From contig JAZGDW010000019.1 in assembly GCA_036478295.1 (NCBI GenBank), forward strand, positions 1-22,882: 22,882 bases of DNA, read 5' to 3'. Below the pieces are notes generated by a model, which saw only the letters and a list, made by a program, of their open reading frames with translations, was not told where the DNA came from and ran no database searches. This document shows, piece after piece, positions 1 through 9,362 of this stretch (positions are counted from its first letter, which is position 1; the number at the start of each line of letters is the position of its first letter). The position numbers were made by a program, and so were the translations under genes. The stretch is from Candidatus Krumholzibacteriia bacterium (GTDB lineage Bacteria; Krumholzibacteriota; Krumholzibacteriia; WVZY01).

Positions 1-1557
1 ACCCTCGAGCGCCACCGTGCCGTCGCTGTTCATGATGGGCGACACATACGATCGTGCGATCCCGGGGTCCAGATAGAACGACACCGGGTTCAACAATTCC
101 AGCTCGGCGATGAGCTTGCGACGCTTCTCGGGCTTGCCCATACGTGCGTAGGCTTCTGCGAGGTAGTAGAGAAGATCCTGGTTCTTTCTGCCCGTGCGCG
201 CGAGCGCCCGTTCCAGAATCGCCACCCCGCGAGAGTAGTGTTTGTGGTTCATGTAATAGACGGCCAGTTTCTGGGTGGCCACTCGCGAGTACCGGTGACT
301 TGGATAGGTGTTGTTTATACGGTCCAGCAACTCCAGGGATTTCTTGCTGTTGGCGGAGCGCATGTACATGTCGGCCGCCACCAGCAACGCCTCCGCCGCC
401 TTGGCGTCGTAGGGGTAGCGGGTCGCAAACTCGACGTACGTCCCGGCCGAGCGCACCGTTTGCCCGGTCTTGCGGTAGATCCTGGCGCGAAGCAACATCG
501 CCGAGCGCTCCAATGACGCGTTGCTGAACTTGTTGCGGATCAAGCCGAATGATTTGCTGTAGCGTTTTTCTTTGTAGTAAAGATCTGCGAGGAAGAGCTT
601 GTGGCGCTCCTTCTGATCCCTGCCCAGCGAACGGTGTTTCAACTCTTCCGTCACCCTGTCCGCCTGCGCCAGGTTGTTTCCGTCGAGCAACACATCGCAG
701 AAAGTCAGCAGGGCCGCGTCACTCACCGTGTTCAGCGGGACGGAACCGGTGATTCGTTCCACCGCCGGCAGCGCCACATGGCGGGTTTTCCGGTTCTTGG
801 CGATGCCGACCGCCGCCTGCACAGCCTGCAGGGTGTCCTGCACGAGGAACATCAGGTCGACTTCGCGCACCAGCAGCGGTGCCATGCTTGATGACCTGCT
901 CCGCCGGCTCTTGAGCACCTTGATGAAACGCCGTGCCTTGTCCAGCTTGTTGCACCCGATGTAGGCGTCCAGCAGGTACTCCTCGAACCGCGGCGACAAG
1001 GAACGCGGAATCCCCTCGGCCAGGCGTCTTTCACCAACCACGCAGGCCTCTTCGAAACGACCGAGCCTCGTCAGCGCCTCTTGTGCGATGAAATCCTTGT
1101 AGGGCTCGAAAGGGGGCTGTTCGAGACTGTCGATGAGGGCAAGGAAGCGCAGCGCCCGCTCGTACCTGCCCGCCAGTGCGTTGAGCCGCGCCCGCTGCAC
1201 GCACAGCGCATAGTAGGTATCGAGGTTACCCGAGTAGGACTGCAGGGCCAGTACGCTGTCGGCGCGCTCGTACAGGCCGATCTCCGCCAGCAGCCTCGCC
1301 TCGAAGCGCTCCGCCTCTCTGTCCACCGTCTCGTCCGGCCGACGTGTCTTCAACACGCCGTAGGCGCGCTCGCTCTCGCCAAAATGGGCCAGCAGCCTGG
1401 CCCCGTTCCAGCGGCTGTCCAGATCGATGATCTGGCCTCGCAGGCTTTGCGGGGGACGCTTTATGAGAAGTTCGAGCGCCGAGGATTCGCCCCGGCCCGG
1501 GGCGGGACGCAGCGCCAGCAGGAAGTAAAAAAAGATGAGGAGCAGTCTGCGCGGCAT
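1..1557 (-). CDS. Secreted TPR/alpha-solenoid protein (5' portion, runs off the window); possibly the N-terminal part of an Slt70-like lytic transglycosylase
   Basis: Absent from the ORF track because there is no stop in the window. Hand translation from ATG at 1557 (GGAGG upstream) is open for 519 codons to base 1. It starts MPRRLLLIFFYFLLALRPAPGRG (signal-peptide-like) and has TPR-like helices such as YVEFATRYPYDAKAAEALLVAADMY and DLLYYLAEAYARMGKPEK, then LNPVSFY. Confidence 0.8.
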   Translation of the reverse strand, partial: MPRRLLLIFFYFLLALRPAPGRGESSALELLIKRPPQSLRGQIIDLDSRWNGARLLAHFGESERAYGVLKTRRPDETVDREAERFEARLLAEIGLYERADSVLALQSYSGNLDTYYALCVQRARLNALAGRYERALRFLALIDSLEQPPFEPYKDFIAQEALTRLGRFEEACVVGERRLAEGIPRSLSPRFEEYLLDAYIGCNKLDKARRFIKVLKSRRSRSSSMAPLLVREVDLMFLVQDTLQAVQAAVGIAKNRKTRHVALPAVERITGSVPLNTVSDAALLTFCDVLLDGNNLAQADRVTEELKHRSLGRDQKERHKLFLADLYYKEKRYSKSFGLIRNKFSNASLERSAMLLRARIYRKTGQTVRSAGTYVEFATRYPYDAKAAEALLVAADMYMRSANSKKSLELLDRINNTYPSHRYSRVATQKLAVYYMNHKHYSRGVAILERALARTGRKNQDLLYYLAEAYARMGKPEKRRKLIAELELLNPVSFYLDPGIARSYVSPIMNSDGTVALEG

Positions 1558-1626
1558 GGGTACACCGCCTCCCGTCTCCGTCCGTGAGGACGCGATGTAC
1601 AGGCTGGCGATAAAGTTCCTCCCGGA

Positions 1627-3165
1627 TCATTCCCACTCGATCGTGCTCGGCGGTTTCGAGCTGATATCGTACACAACCCGGTTAATCCCAGTCACTGAAT
1701 TAATAATACCGTTGGAGACTTCCTGCAAGAAAGCATCGTCCAGTTTTGCCCAGTCCGCCGTCATACCGTCGCTGCTGGTTACCGCCCTGAGCACCACGGC
1801 ATTCTCGTAGGTGCGCGCGTCACCCATAACACCCACGCTTTGCACGGGAAGAAGAATCGCCCCCGCCTGCCATACCTCATCGTAGAGGTTCCAGCGCTTG
1901 AGAGCGTCGATGAAAATCTTGTCTGCCTGTCGCAGGACGGACAATCTCTCTTCTGTCACTTCTCCGAGCACCCTCACAGCAAGTCCCGGGCCAGGAAAGG
2001 GGTGGCGTTCCAGTTGCGCGGCGGGCAGTCCCAGTTCGGCGCCTATCTCGCGCACCTCATCCTTGAACAAATCGGCGAGTGGCTCGACCAGTTTGAAGTC
2101 GAATTTCTCGGGCAGGCCCCCAACATTATGGTGTGTTTTTATTGTGGCGGACGGACCGAACGTGGCCACGCTCTCGATCCGGTCCGGGTATAGCGTGCCC
2201 TGTGCAAGAAACTCGAACGGTCCATTGTCCCGGCTGACTTCCTCGAATATCTCGATGAACAGGTTTCCGATGCGTCTCCGTTTTTCCTCGGGGTCGATGA
2301 CACCTTTGAGCCGGGCGAGAAAACGCTCGCCGGCGTCCACGAATACCGGAGGAGCGGAGAGCTGGCTCTTCAACACTTCCATAACCTCAGCCGCCTCGCC
2401 TTCCCGCAGGACACCGTTATCGACAAAGACGCAGAGGAGTTTCTTGCCGACCGCCTGGTCGACGAAAGCGGCCGTTACCGCGCTGTCCACACCGCCGCTC
2501 ACCGCGCAGATGACTCGTCCGTCTCCCACGGTCTGCTTAATCCCGGCGATCGTCTTCTCAATGACGCTGCCGGGCAGCCAGTCGGGATCGCATCCACACA
2601 CGTCAAAAACGAAATTCTCGAGAATCTTTTCACCATGCATCGTGTGCCGCACCTCGGGGTGAAACTGAACCCCGAACGTTTTGCGCCCCTCGTCGACGAA
2701 AGCCGCGACCGGGCAGTCCTGTGACGAGGCGAGCAGCGTGAAACCATCGGGCGGCTGGAGAATCTTGTCGCCGTGGCTCATCCACACGCGAAACCGTTCC
2801 GCTGTCCCGGCAAGAAGGACGGCCTCGTCGTGCACGTCGATTTCGGTGTGCCCGTACTCGCCGACCGTCGAGCTGTCCACCGGCGCACCGCCTCGCTGCG
2901 CGATGAGATGCATCCCGTAGCAGATGCCGAGTACCGGCACGGTAATCTGCTCGTACCAGTCGGGCAGACCCGGCGCGGCGTCGCCGAAAACACTGGAGGG
3001 ACCACCGGAGAGAATGATACCCCGGGGGCGCGCGGAGAAAACCGTCGCACCGGGGGCGGAAAAGGGGAGGATTTGTGAGTAGACCCTCTTGGCACGGATC
3101 CGGCGCGCGATGAGCTGGGTGAACTGTGACCCGTAGTCGATTATAACAATTCCGTTTTCAGGCAT
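1627..3165 (-). CDS. guaA: GMP synthase (glutamine-hydrolysing)
   Basis: IIDYGSQFTQLIARR, GICYGM (catalytic Cys), GVQFHPEV, SGGVDS PP-loop, IKTHHNVGGLP and C-terminal KPPSTIEWE. Start taken at ATG 3165 (alternative 3174); the ORF-track start overlaps purH. Confidence 0.98.
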   Translation of the reverse strand: MPENGIVIIDYGSQFTQLIARRIRAKRVYSQILPFSAPGATVFSARPRGIILSGGPSSVFGDAAPGLPDWYEQITVPVLGICYGMHLIAQRGGAPVDSSTVGEYGHTEIDVHDEAVLLAGTAERFRVWMSHGDKILQPPDGFTLLASSQDCPVAAFVDEGRKTFGVQFHPEVRHTMHGEKILENFVFDVCGCDPDWLPGSVIEKTIAGIKQTVGDGRVICAVSGGVDSAVTAAFVDQAVGKKLLCVFVDNGVLREGEAAEVMEVLKSQLSAPPVFVDAGERFLARLKGVIDPEEKRRRIGNLFIEIFEEVSRDNGPFEFLAQGTLYPDRIESVATFGPSATIKTHHNVGGLPEKFDFKLVEPLADLFKDEVREIGAELGLPAAQLERHPFPGPGLAVRVLGEVTEERLSVLRQADKIFIDALKRWNLYDEVWQAGAILLPVQSVGVMGDARTYENAVVLRAVTSSDGMTADWAKLDDAFLQEVSNGIINSVTGINRVVYDISSKPPSTIEWE

Positions 3166-3178
3166 CGCGACCATTCCA

Positions 3179-4741
3179 TCAAATATGCCGGAAGTGCCTT
3201 CGGCCTGTGAACAGCATGGCAAGGTCCGCCTCGTCGGCGGCGGCAATGACCTCGTTGTCCCGCATGGAGCCGCCCGGCTGGATAACCGCCGTAATGCCCG
3301 CTGCGGCCAGCGTGGTCACACCGTCGGCAAACGGAAAGAACGCGTCGGAGGCCGCCACTTTTCCGTCGAGCGTAAACCCCGCGTCTTTCGCCTTGCGCGC
3401 CGCGATCTGCGAAGAATCGACCCGGCTCATCTGGCCCGCGCCGATGCCGATGGTACCCTCGTCGTCCGCGATAACGATCGCGTTGGACTTCACGTGCTTC
3501 GCCACGATCCAGGCCATGCCGAGCGCATTTGACTCCGATTCGGAAGGCTTGCGCCGTGTGACCACGTCGGGTTCGCGGAGCTCCGGAAATCCCACGTCGG
3601 CGTTCTGCAGCAAGAAGAACCCCTCGGTGAGCAGACCGAAGCGGCCCCCGGTCGGCTGTGCCCAAAACTTTTCCGGTACCGTTAACACCCGCAGGTTCTT
3701 CTTTTTCGACAACGCCGCCAGTGCGTCCCCGCCGAACCCCCGCGCCACCACGACCTCCAGAAACAACTCCTTGAGCTCGCCCGCCAGCTCGCCGTCCACC
3801 GTGCCGTTCACGGCGACGATCCCGCCGAAGGCGCTGGTCCGGTCCGTGCTGAGCGCGCGACGAAACGAGCCCTTGACGTCTCCGCACCACGCCGCCCCGC
3901 AGGGGTTGGTATGTTTGATGATGGCGACGCTTTCCTCCCCCAAATCTCGCGCGATCGAAAACGCCCCGACGAGGTCGAGGTAGTTGTTGAAAGACAGTTC
4001 CTTGCCCTGGTGTTTCTCCATGGACAGCACCGGGGATTCCCCAAGCGTGCTGTAGACGGCGGCGAACTGGTGCGGGTTCTCCCCATAGCGAAGATCCGCC
4101 TGTTTCTCCAGCGAGAGATTGATGCGGGCGGGCGTTTTGTCGCCGGGCAGGTTGCCTGCAAAGAAAGCGCCGACTGCCGCGTCGTACGCTCCAGTCAAGG
4201 CGAACGCCCGGCCGGCGAGGCGCCGCCGTGTCTCCAGCGTGGTGGCACCGGTTTGTCGTATCTCGTCCGCCACCACGGAATAGTCAGCCGGATCGGTGAC
4301 AACCGCAACGTGGTGAAAGTTCTTGGCGGCCGCCCGCAGCAGGGTGATGCCGCCGATGTCGATGAATTCGCAGAGTTCTTTTTCGGAAAGGTCACCGGAA
4401 CGGTATTTTTCGATAAACGGGTAGAGGTTCACGACGACGAGGCCGATGGGCTCGATTCCCTCTTTCTCGAGTTGTTCGTTGTGCGCGCGGATGTCCCGAT
4501 CGGCGAGAATGCCGGCGTGGACCTTCGGGTGGAGCGTCTTGACACGGCCGTCGAGCAACTCGCCGCTCCCCGTGTAGTGCGCGATTTCCTCGGCGTCGAT
4601 ACCCCCCCCGGCAAGAAACTTCTGCGTGCCGGAGGAAGAGAGAATGCGCACACCGCGGCTCTTCAGCACCGAAGCCAGGTCCAGCAGTTTGGACTTGTCC
4701 GTGACACTGATCAGCGCCGTCTTTATCGTACTGTCGCTCAC
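3179..4741 (-). CDS. purH: Bifunctional AICAR transformylase/IMP cyclohydrolase
   Basis: ALISVTDK, GRVKTLHPKVHAGIL, IDIGGITLLRAAAKN, LRYGENPHQ, KHTNPCG, ASDAFFPF, RHFRH. The GTG start at 4741 overlaps the purC stop (GTGA). Confidence 0.98.
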   Translation of the reverse strand: MSDSTIKTALISVTDKSKLLDLASVLKSRGVRILSSSGTQKFLAGGGIDAEEIAHYTGSGELLDGRVKTLHPKVHAGILADRDIRAHNEQLEKEGIEPIGLVVVNLYPFIEKYRSGDLSEKELCEFIDIGGITLLRAAAKNFHHVAVVTDPADYSVVADEIRQTGATTLETRRRLAGRAFALTGAYDAAVGAFFAGNLPGDKTPARINLSLEKQADLRYGENPHQFAAVYSTLGESPVLSMEKHQGKELSFNNYLDLVGAFSIARDLGEESVAIIKHTNPCGAAWCGDVKGSFRRALSTDRTSAFGGIVAVNGTVDGELAGELKELFLEVVVARGFGGDALAALSKKKNLRVLTVPEKFWAQPTGGRFGLLTEGFFLLQNADVGFPELREPDVVTRRKPSESESNALGMAWIVAKHVKSNAIVIADDEGTIGIGAGQMSRVDSSQIAARKAKDAGFTLDGKVAASDAFFPFADGVTTLAAAGITAVIQPGGSMRDNEVIAAADEADLAMLFTGRRHFRHI

Positions 4742-5637
4742 AGAAACTTCTCCAGATTCATGGCGGGAAAAAGCCTGTCGCACGCTTCGCGGTACCGTTC
4801 CACCGTTTTTGTGACGATCTCATCGGGCAGTCTCGGGGCCGGCGGGCTGTGATCCCACCCGATTTCATCCAGGTAGTCCCTGACGAACTGCTTGTCGAAG
4901 CTGAACTGCGACCGTCCCGTCTCGTAGGAGTCCAGGGGCCAGAAACGAGAGGAGTCCGGCGAGAGCATTTCATCGATCATGGTGATGTCGCCGTCGATGG
5001 TGCCGAATTCGAACTTCGTATCCGCCAGGATGATTCCCCGCTCGCGCGCGTATTCGTGCGCACGCTGGTATACGTCGATGCTCTTGCTCCGCAACTCGCG
5101 CGCGATCTCCTCGGGTACGATCTCGATCATGCGCTCGAACGAGATATTCTCGTCGTGCCCGCTATCCGCCTTGGTGGCGGGCGTAAAAATGGGCTGCTCG
5201 AGGCGGGCGGATTCGGGCAGGCCGCGGGGCAGCTTGATACCGCACACCGTTTCATCTTTTTTGTACTCCCGCCAGCCGGAACCGGCGAGGTAGCCACGAA
5301 CGACACATTCCACATCGAACCGCTCGGCCTTGCGTACCAGCATGCTGCGCCCCGCCAGCTCCGCCCGGCCCCTGAAAGGCTCGGGATACTCGCCGGGGTC
5401 CGCACTCAGGAAATGCGTCTTGAGCGTCGCGCCGAACAAGTCGTACCAACCCAGCGTCATCTGCGTCAAAACGATTCCCTTGCCGGGAACCGGATCGGGG
5501 AGGATCACGTCGTACGCACTCACCCGGTCGGTCGTCACGATCAACAGCCTGTCGCCCAGATCGAAAATATCCCGCACCTTGCCCGAGATATCCGGTGTCA
5601 GTCCGTGATCCTGCATTTTCATCATTACGTTCGCCAT
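4738..5637 (-). CDS. purC: SAICAR synthase
   Basis: GKVRDIF, TDRVSAYD, ECVVRGYLAGSGW, PIFTPATKA, ADTKFEFG, DEMLSPDSSRFW, DKQFVRDYL. ATG at 5637 has a GGAG RBS and gives 299 aa. Confidence 0.97.
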   Translation of the reverse strand: MANVMMKMQDHGLTPDISGKVRDIFDLGDRLLIVTTDRVSAYDVILPDPVPGKGIVLTQMTLGWYDLFGATLKTHFLSADPGEYPEPFRGRAELAGRSMLVRKAERFDVECVVRGYLAGSGWREYKKDETVCGIKLPRGLPESARLEQPIFTPATKADSGHDENISFERMIEIVPEEIARELRSKSIDVYQRAHEYARERGIILADTKFEFGTIDGDITMIDEMLSPDSSRFWPLDSYETGRSQFSFDKQFVRDYLDEIGWDHSPPAPRLPDEIVTKTVERYREACDRLFPAMNLEKFL

Positions 5638-5681
5638 ATTTGCTCCGTCCTGCAGCACTGCCTCATGGTTTGAGAAATTCG

Positions 5682-6305
5682 CTATCCGGCAATCATCACC
5701 CGCCTGCCCTGGATCCGCAGCCGGTCCAGTGCATAGAGCTCGATCGCCCTTACGTAAGTACGATACTCTTGCTCGTGTATCTTCTGCAGCAGGCTTTCCT
5801 CGTCGTCGCCGTCTGCCACTTCGACACACGCCTGCAGGATAATCGCGCCGCCGTCCACGGTGCGGTCGACGAAATGCACCGTGCAGCCCGTCACTTTCGC
5901 TCCGTAGTCGAGCGCCTGCTTTGCGGCGTGCAGCCCCTTGAAGCTCGGCAGCAGTGACGGGTGGATGTTCATGATCCGGCCTTCGAATCCCGACAACAGC
6001 GGCCCACTCAGAATCCGCATGAACCCCGCCAGGGCGACCAGGTCCACGCTGTGATCCGCGCACAGGGAGACGATTTTTGTCTCTGCCGGCTCCGGCAGGC
6101 CTGCCTTCTTTGGCGCCGCATGCACGACGTGCGCGGCGACTTCGAAACGCCGTGCAATGTCCAGCGCCTCGGCGTCCGGATTATCGGTGACGAGGCACAC
6201 GACACGTGCCGGGTAGTCATCACGCCTGCATGCTTCAACTATGGCCTGGAAGTTGGAGCCGGTCCCCGAAGCGAGAACGGCCACGTTGCACCGCTTTTGG
6301 GTCAA
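5682..6305 (-). CDS. purN: Phosphoribosylglycinamide formyltransferase
   Basis: VAVLASGTGSNFQAI, LAGFMRIL, NIHPSLLPSF, GCTVHFVD..VDGGAII. The start is probably TTG at 6305 but is uncertain. Confidence 0.96.
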   Translation of the reverse strand: MTQKRCNVAVLASGTGSNFQAIVEACRRDDYPARVVCLVTDNPDAEALDIARRFEVAAHVVHAAPKKAGLPEPAETKIVSLCADHSVDLVALAGFMRILSGPLLSGFEGRIMNIHPSLLPSFKGLHAAKQALDYGAKVTGCTVHFVDRTVDGGAIILQACVEVADGDDEESLLQKIHEQEYRTYVRAIELYALDRLRIQGRRVMIAG

Positions 6306-6338
6306 GATACTATCCCTCGCGCCTCTCGAGAAAACGCT

Positions 6339-6347
6339 AATATAGCA
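6339..6347 (-). promoter_or_regulatory. Extended -10 sigma-70-type promoter for the purN-purC-purH-guaA run
   Basis: Minus strand reads TGCTATATT (TGn-TATATT) in the comEC-purN gap. No good -35 element. Confidence 0.5.
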
Positions 6348-6392
6348 CCTCTCTTCCGGCCCCGCACCAAAAATCGTCCCGCACTCACGCAC

Positions 6393-7835
6393 TCAAAGAA
6401 AGGCCGCCGCACAAATCGCCAGGCCGACGTACCTCACCCACGGTTTGCGGCGGGCCAGCCAGAAAACGCCCAGGCCGCAATAGAAAACCACGAACGACGG
6501 GACGGGCAGCTCCAACGGACTCGGCGCCGCCTCCGCCAGAGCGACGAGCGCCGCATCGAACCATTCCGTCAGGTGGTCCACCACAACGAACAGTACGCTT
6601 CCCGCCGCCGGATAGAGCAAAGCTGCCAGGGCTGCCGACGCGCAGGCAAACAGCATCACCGCCACCGGTACGAGAAAGATTACGGTCGCCACCGGTGCGA
6701 CCAGGCTGATGCGGCCGAAGTACTGCAGGATGACGGGCGCCAGAAAAAGCTGAACCGCCACGCTGATCCACAGGCTCGACCGCACGAAATGCCACACGCG
6801 GCCGGCGAGATCCCGTCGCCCCTGCTCGCCGAGTTCCTGCGCGCACAACAAAACGGCAAATGTCGCCAGAAACGACAGTTGGAATCCCACCGCGTGGATG
6901 GCGTGAGGGTGTACGATGAGCAGCAGCACGAATGCGTGCACCAGGGCACCCATGGGACGGAGCGGCCGGTGCAAACCCGCTGCGGTAATCAGGAGGACCG
7001 CCATGACGAGTGCGCGTTGCAGCGACAGCACCGGACCCACAGTCCCAACGTACAATAGCAGGACGGCGACCAGAAACCAGTGGCTGCGCCGGCGCAGCAA
7101 GCGCATGGCCAGCACCAGCGCCCCCACCACAAAGCCCAGGTGCAGGCCGCTCAGGGCGAGCAGGTGGGAGATTCCCAGGACGATGAAGGTCTTGCGCAGG
7201 CGGCGGTCGATGAGACCGCGCTCGGCGATGAGGAGCGCCAACGGGATACCCGCGCGCGCGCCAACGCCGGCCGTGGTCCGGCGCCGTATCTGCTCGTGCA
7301 GCGGCGCGAGCACGTGCCGCACGATGACGTTTCCCCCCCGCCCCTCGAGCACCTCTACACCACCGGGCACGGCACGGATAGAGCCCGCACATCCGCGCCC
7401 CCGCACGTAGGCCCCGTTCGACCGCCGCTTTGCCGCCGGCCGGCTCTGAACCCGTATGCTCTCCCCGTAGGCAACGACAAACTCGCGCGTGGAGACCAGG
7501 ACCTGCAGCCGTACCCCATCCAGCGTCGTGGTTAGCTCGAAGCTGACCCGTCCGAAACCGTGAGACGGAAAGCTGGAGATCCACCCGGCGAGCACCATTC
7601 CCTCCGGGTGCGCCGCCGCAAACGACTCGAACACCGCCGAGCGGCGCTGCAGATTCTCCGTCGCCAGAACCCCGTATCCCCAGAACACCGCCCCCGTCAA
7701 GGACGCGAGCAGTAGTCCCCTTCGCCGGCTGCCGTTGACAAACCCGTCACGCAGCAGAAAAAAAAGGGCTACCGGCAGCACCCGAAGGTCCTGCAGGAGC
7801 CCTGCCGCCAGGGCGGCGGCCAGTGCCCACACCAC
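6393..7835 (-). CDS. comEC: ComEC/Rec2 family DNA-uptake channel without a C-terminal metallo-beta-lactamase domain
   Basis: Competence-domain motifs GISHLLALSGLHLG, SLQRALVM, GFQLSFLAT and QYFGRISL, plus many TM segments. GGAGG precedes the GTG start. Confidence 0.9.
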   Translation of the reverse strand: MVWALAAALAAGLLQDLRVLPVALFFLLRDGFVNGSRRRGLLLASLTGAVFWGYGVLATENLQRRSAVFESFAAAHPEGMVLAGWISSFPSHGFGRVSFELTTTLDGVRLQVLVSTREFVVAYGESIRVQSRPAAKRRSNGAYVRGRGCAGSIRAVPGGVEVLEGRGGNVIVRHVLAPLHEQIRRRTTAGVGARAGIPLALLIAERGLIDRRLRKTFIVLGISHLLALSGLHLGFVVGALVLAMRLLRRRSHWFLVAVLLLYVGTVGPVLSLQRALVMAVLLITAAGLHRPLRPMGALVHAFVLLLIVHPHAIHAVGFQLSFLATFAVLLCAQELGEQGRRDLAGRVWHFVRSSLWISVAVQLFLAPVILQYFGRISLVAPVATVIFLVPVAVMLFACASAALAALLYPAAGSVLFVVVDHLTEWFDAALVALAEAAPSPLELPVPSFVVFYCGLGVFWLARRKPWVRYVGLAICAAAFL

Positions 7836-7879
7836 CGTCGTACCTCCTCACCCACACCACACCCCCTGCGACGCCGGTC

Positions 7880-9220
7880 CTAGTCCTTGTAAAACTCCAC
7901 CCGGTTTTTTCCCTTGCGTTTGGCCCGGTAAAGGGCCGAATCGGCCTTCATGAACAACTCTTGTTCCGTGCGCGCGTGGTCCGGGAACACCGCGGCACCG
8001 ATACTCACACGAATCGGACGAATCTGGCCGTCCTGGTCCTGAAACGCCGTCGATTCCTCGACCACGCTGCGAAGTCTCTCAGCCGTATGGATGGCCTCGA
8101 CCTCCGCCGTACCTGGCAACAGTACCACAAATTCCTCGCCGCCGTAGCGGAAAGGCAGATCGATTTTTCGCAGGTTCCCCGACACGAGACCGGCTACCAG
8201 CGCGAGTGCCTCGTCACCCTTCTGATGCCCCATCGTATCGTTGATGTTCTTGAAATCGTCGATGTCGAGAATCAGCATCGACAGCTTCCCGCCCGAACGC
8301 GTGGCCCGCTCGATTTCGATCTCTACCTGCTTGTCGTAGAAGTGACGGTTGTAAATCTGCGTGAGCTTGTCGATCGAGGTCAGGGTCTGCAGCCGCGCCG
8401 CATTATTGATGATCTGCTCGAACATCTCCACGGCCACGTGGATCCGCCGCCGTAGGTCGATGTCTTCACCCAGCACCCAGACCTCGAACACGCCGCAGAA
8501 CTCGCCCATCGCGGCCAGCGGCACGACGGCCACGCGTTGCCCGTCTTCAACGGCCACCCCGGGAACCTCGGGCTCGTTGATGCCCAGCGTATGGGCCGCT
8601 TCGGCGTCGATGAACTCCACGCGGCCCGACCGGTGGCAGCGCTCATAAACCGGATTTCGCAGGATAGTCTTGCTGGTAAGGGTCTTTACCCAGCGGCGCT
8701 CGCCACCCCACTCGCCGAAGCGTTCCTGATCCAGGATCAGCCGTCCGCCAGGGAGGTTCAGCCACTCCGGCAGCAGCTCGAGCACCGATTCCAACCGGTC
8801 CACCGTGGAATGCCGGTGGTCGTTTATCGACAGCGACTTGATGACCTGCGGCATGATGTCGATGGAGGCGGCCACCCGGGCGCTTCCAGCCATGGTCCCT
8901 GCCGCCGGAGTTTCCGCCGTGTCCTCGAGATGGCCCAGCGCCCGCCATTCATGGGCCGGCAGCTGCAACCGCAACTGGTAAAATCCGTTATTTCTGACAT
9001 AGGTCAGAATAACGTCATCATTCTCCGTCTGGGTCGGCCGGCGCTGAAAATAATCAACGCGGCAGAGGTCCTCCAGCGCTAGAATCGACTCGAGCCGGAT
9101 CTCTCCAGGATCTCCAACGCGTACAACCCTTTTGATGCGGTTTCGCCTGTCGGGAGTCAGCCGATGCTGGGGGACGAGGTTGAGGAGAAGGTATTTATAG
9201 TCTTTCTCGAAGCTGCGCAT
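7880..9220 (-). CDS. Diguanylate cyclase (unknown N-terminal domain + GAF-like + GGDEF)
   Basis: DKLTQIYNR, DIDDFKNINDTMGHQKGD, RYGGEEF A-site with RxxD I-site (RKID), and ADSALYRAK..GKNR. GAF-like VVPLAAMGEFCGVFEV lies upstream. Confidence 0.93.
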   Translation of the reverse strand: MRSFEKDYKYLLLNLVPQHRLTPDRRNRIKRVVRVGDPGEIRLESILALEDLCRVDYFQRRPTQTENDDVILTYVRNNGFYQLRLQLPAHEWRALGHLEDTAETPAAGTMAGSARVAASIDIMPQVIKSLSINDHRHSTVDRLESVLELLPEWLNLPGGRLILDQERFGEWGGERRWVKTLTSKTILRNPVYERCHRSGRVEFIDAEAAHTLGINEPEVPGVAVEDGQRVAVVPLAAMGEFCGVFEVWVLGEDIDLRRRIHVAVEMFEQIINNAARLQTLTSIDKLTQIYNRHFYDKQVEIEIERATRSGGKLSMLILDIDDFKNINDTMGHQKGDEALALVAGLVSGNLRKIDLPFRYGGEEFVVLLPGTAEVEAIHTAERLRSVVEESTAFQDQDGQIRPIRVSIGAAVFPDHARTEQELFMKADSALYRAKRKGKNRVEFYKD

Positions 9221-9255
9221 GCCTGATACCTTCTGATCTGTATGTGCTTTGAGCT

Positions 9256-9261
9256 ATTATA
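9256..9261 (-). promoter_or_regulatory. Candidate -10 element for the diguanylate cyclase gene
   Basis: Perfect TATAAT on the minus strand about 35 nt upstream of the ATG, in an AT-rich patch. The -35 match is poor. Confidence 0.45.
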
Positions 9262-9345
9262 CAATATTTAGGTTGAATCCTTCCACCATAAATATTATGC
9301 ATGCCTGAGATGTCCCGTGCCGCACTCCTCCAGAGGGTAGCATTT

Positions 9346-9362
9346 TTGGCTTGCATTTTGCT
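9346..9362 (+). promoter_or_regulatory. Sigma-54 (-24/-12) promoter upstream of the mltD-like gene
   Basis: TTGGCTTGCATTTTGCT: GG(9348-9349)-N10-GC(9360-9361), with TGGC and TTGCW half-sites, about 90 nt upstream of ATG 9450. Confidence 0.65.

Noticed and set aside
5638..6063. Extended N-terminus of purC given by the ORF track (likewise guaA to 3246, purH to 4783, purN to 6392, sppA to 20219)
   Set aside because: The extensions overlap neighbouring genes or promoters, or add non-homologous sequence. Downstream starts fit family lengths better.
6306..6392. Possible purine or ZTP riboswitch ahead of the pur genes
   Set aside because: The leader after the predicted -10 is only about 30 nt, and purH overlaps purC, leaving no room for an aptamer.
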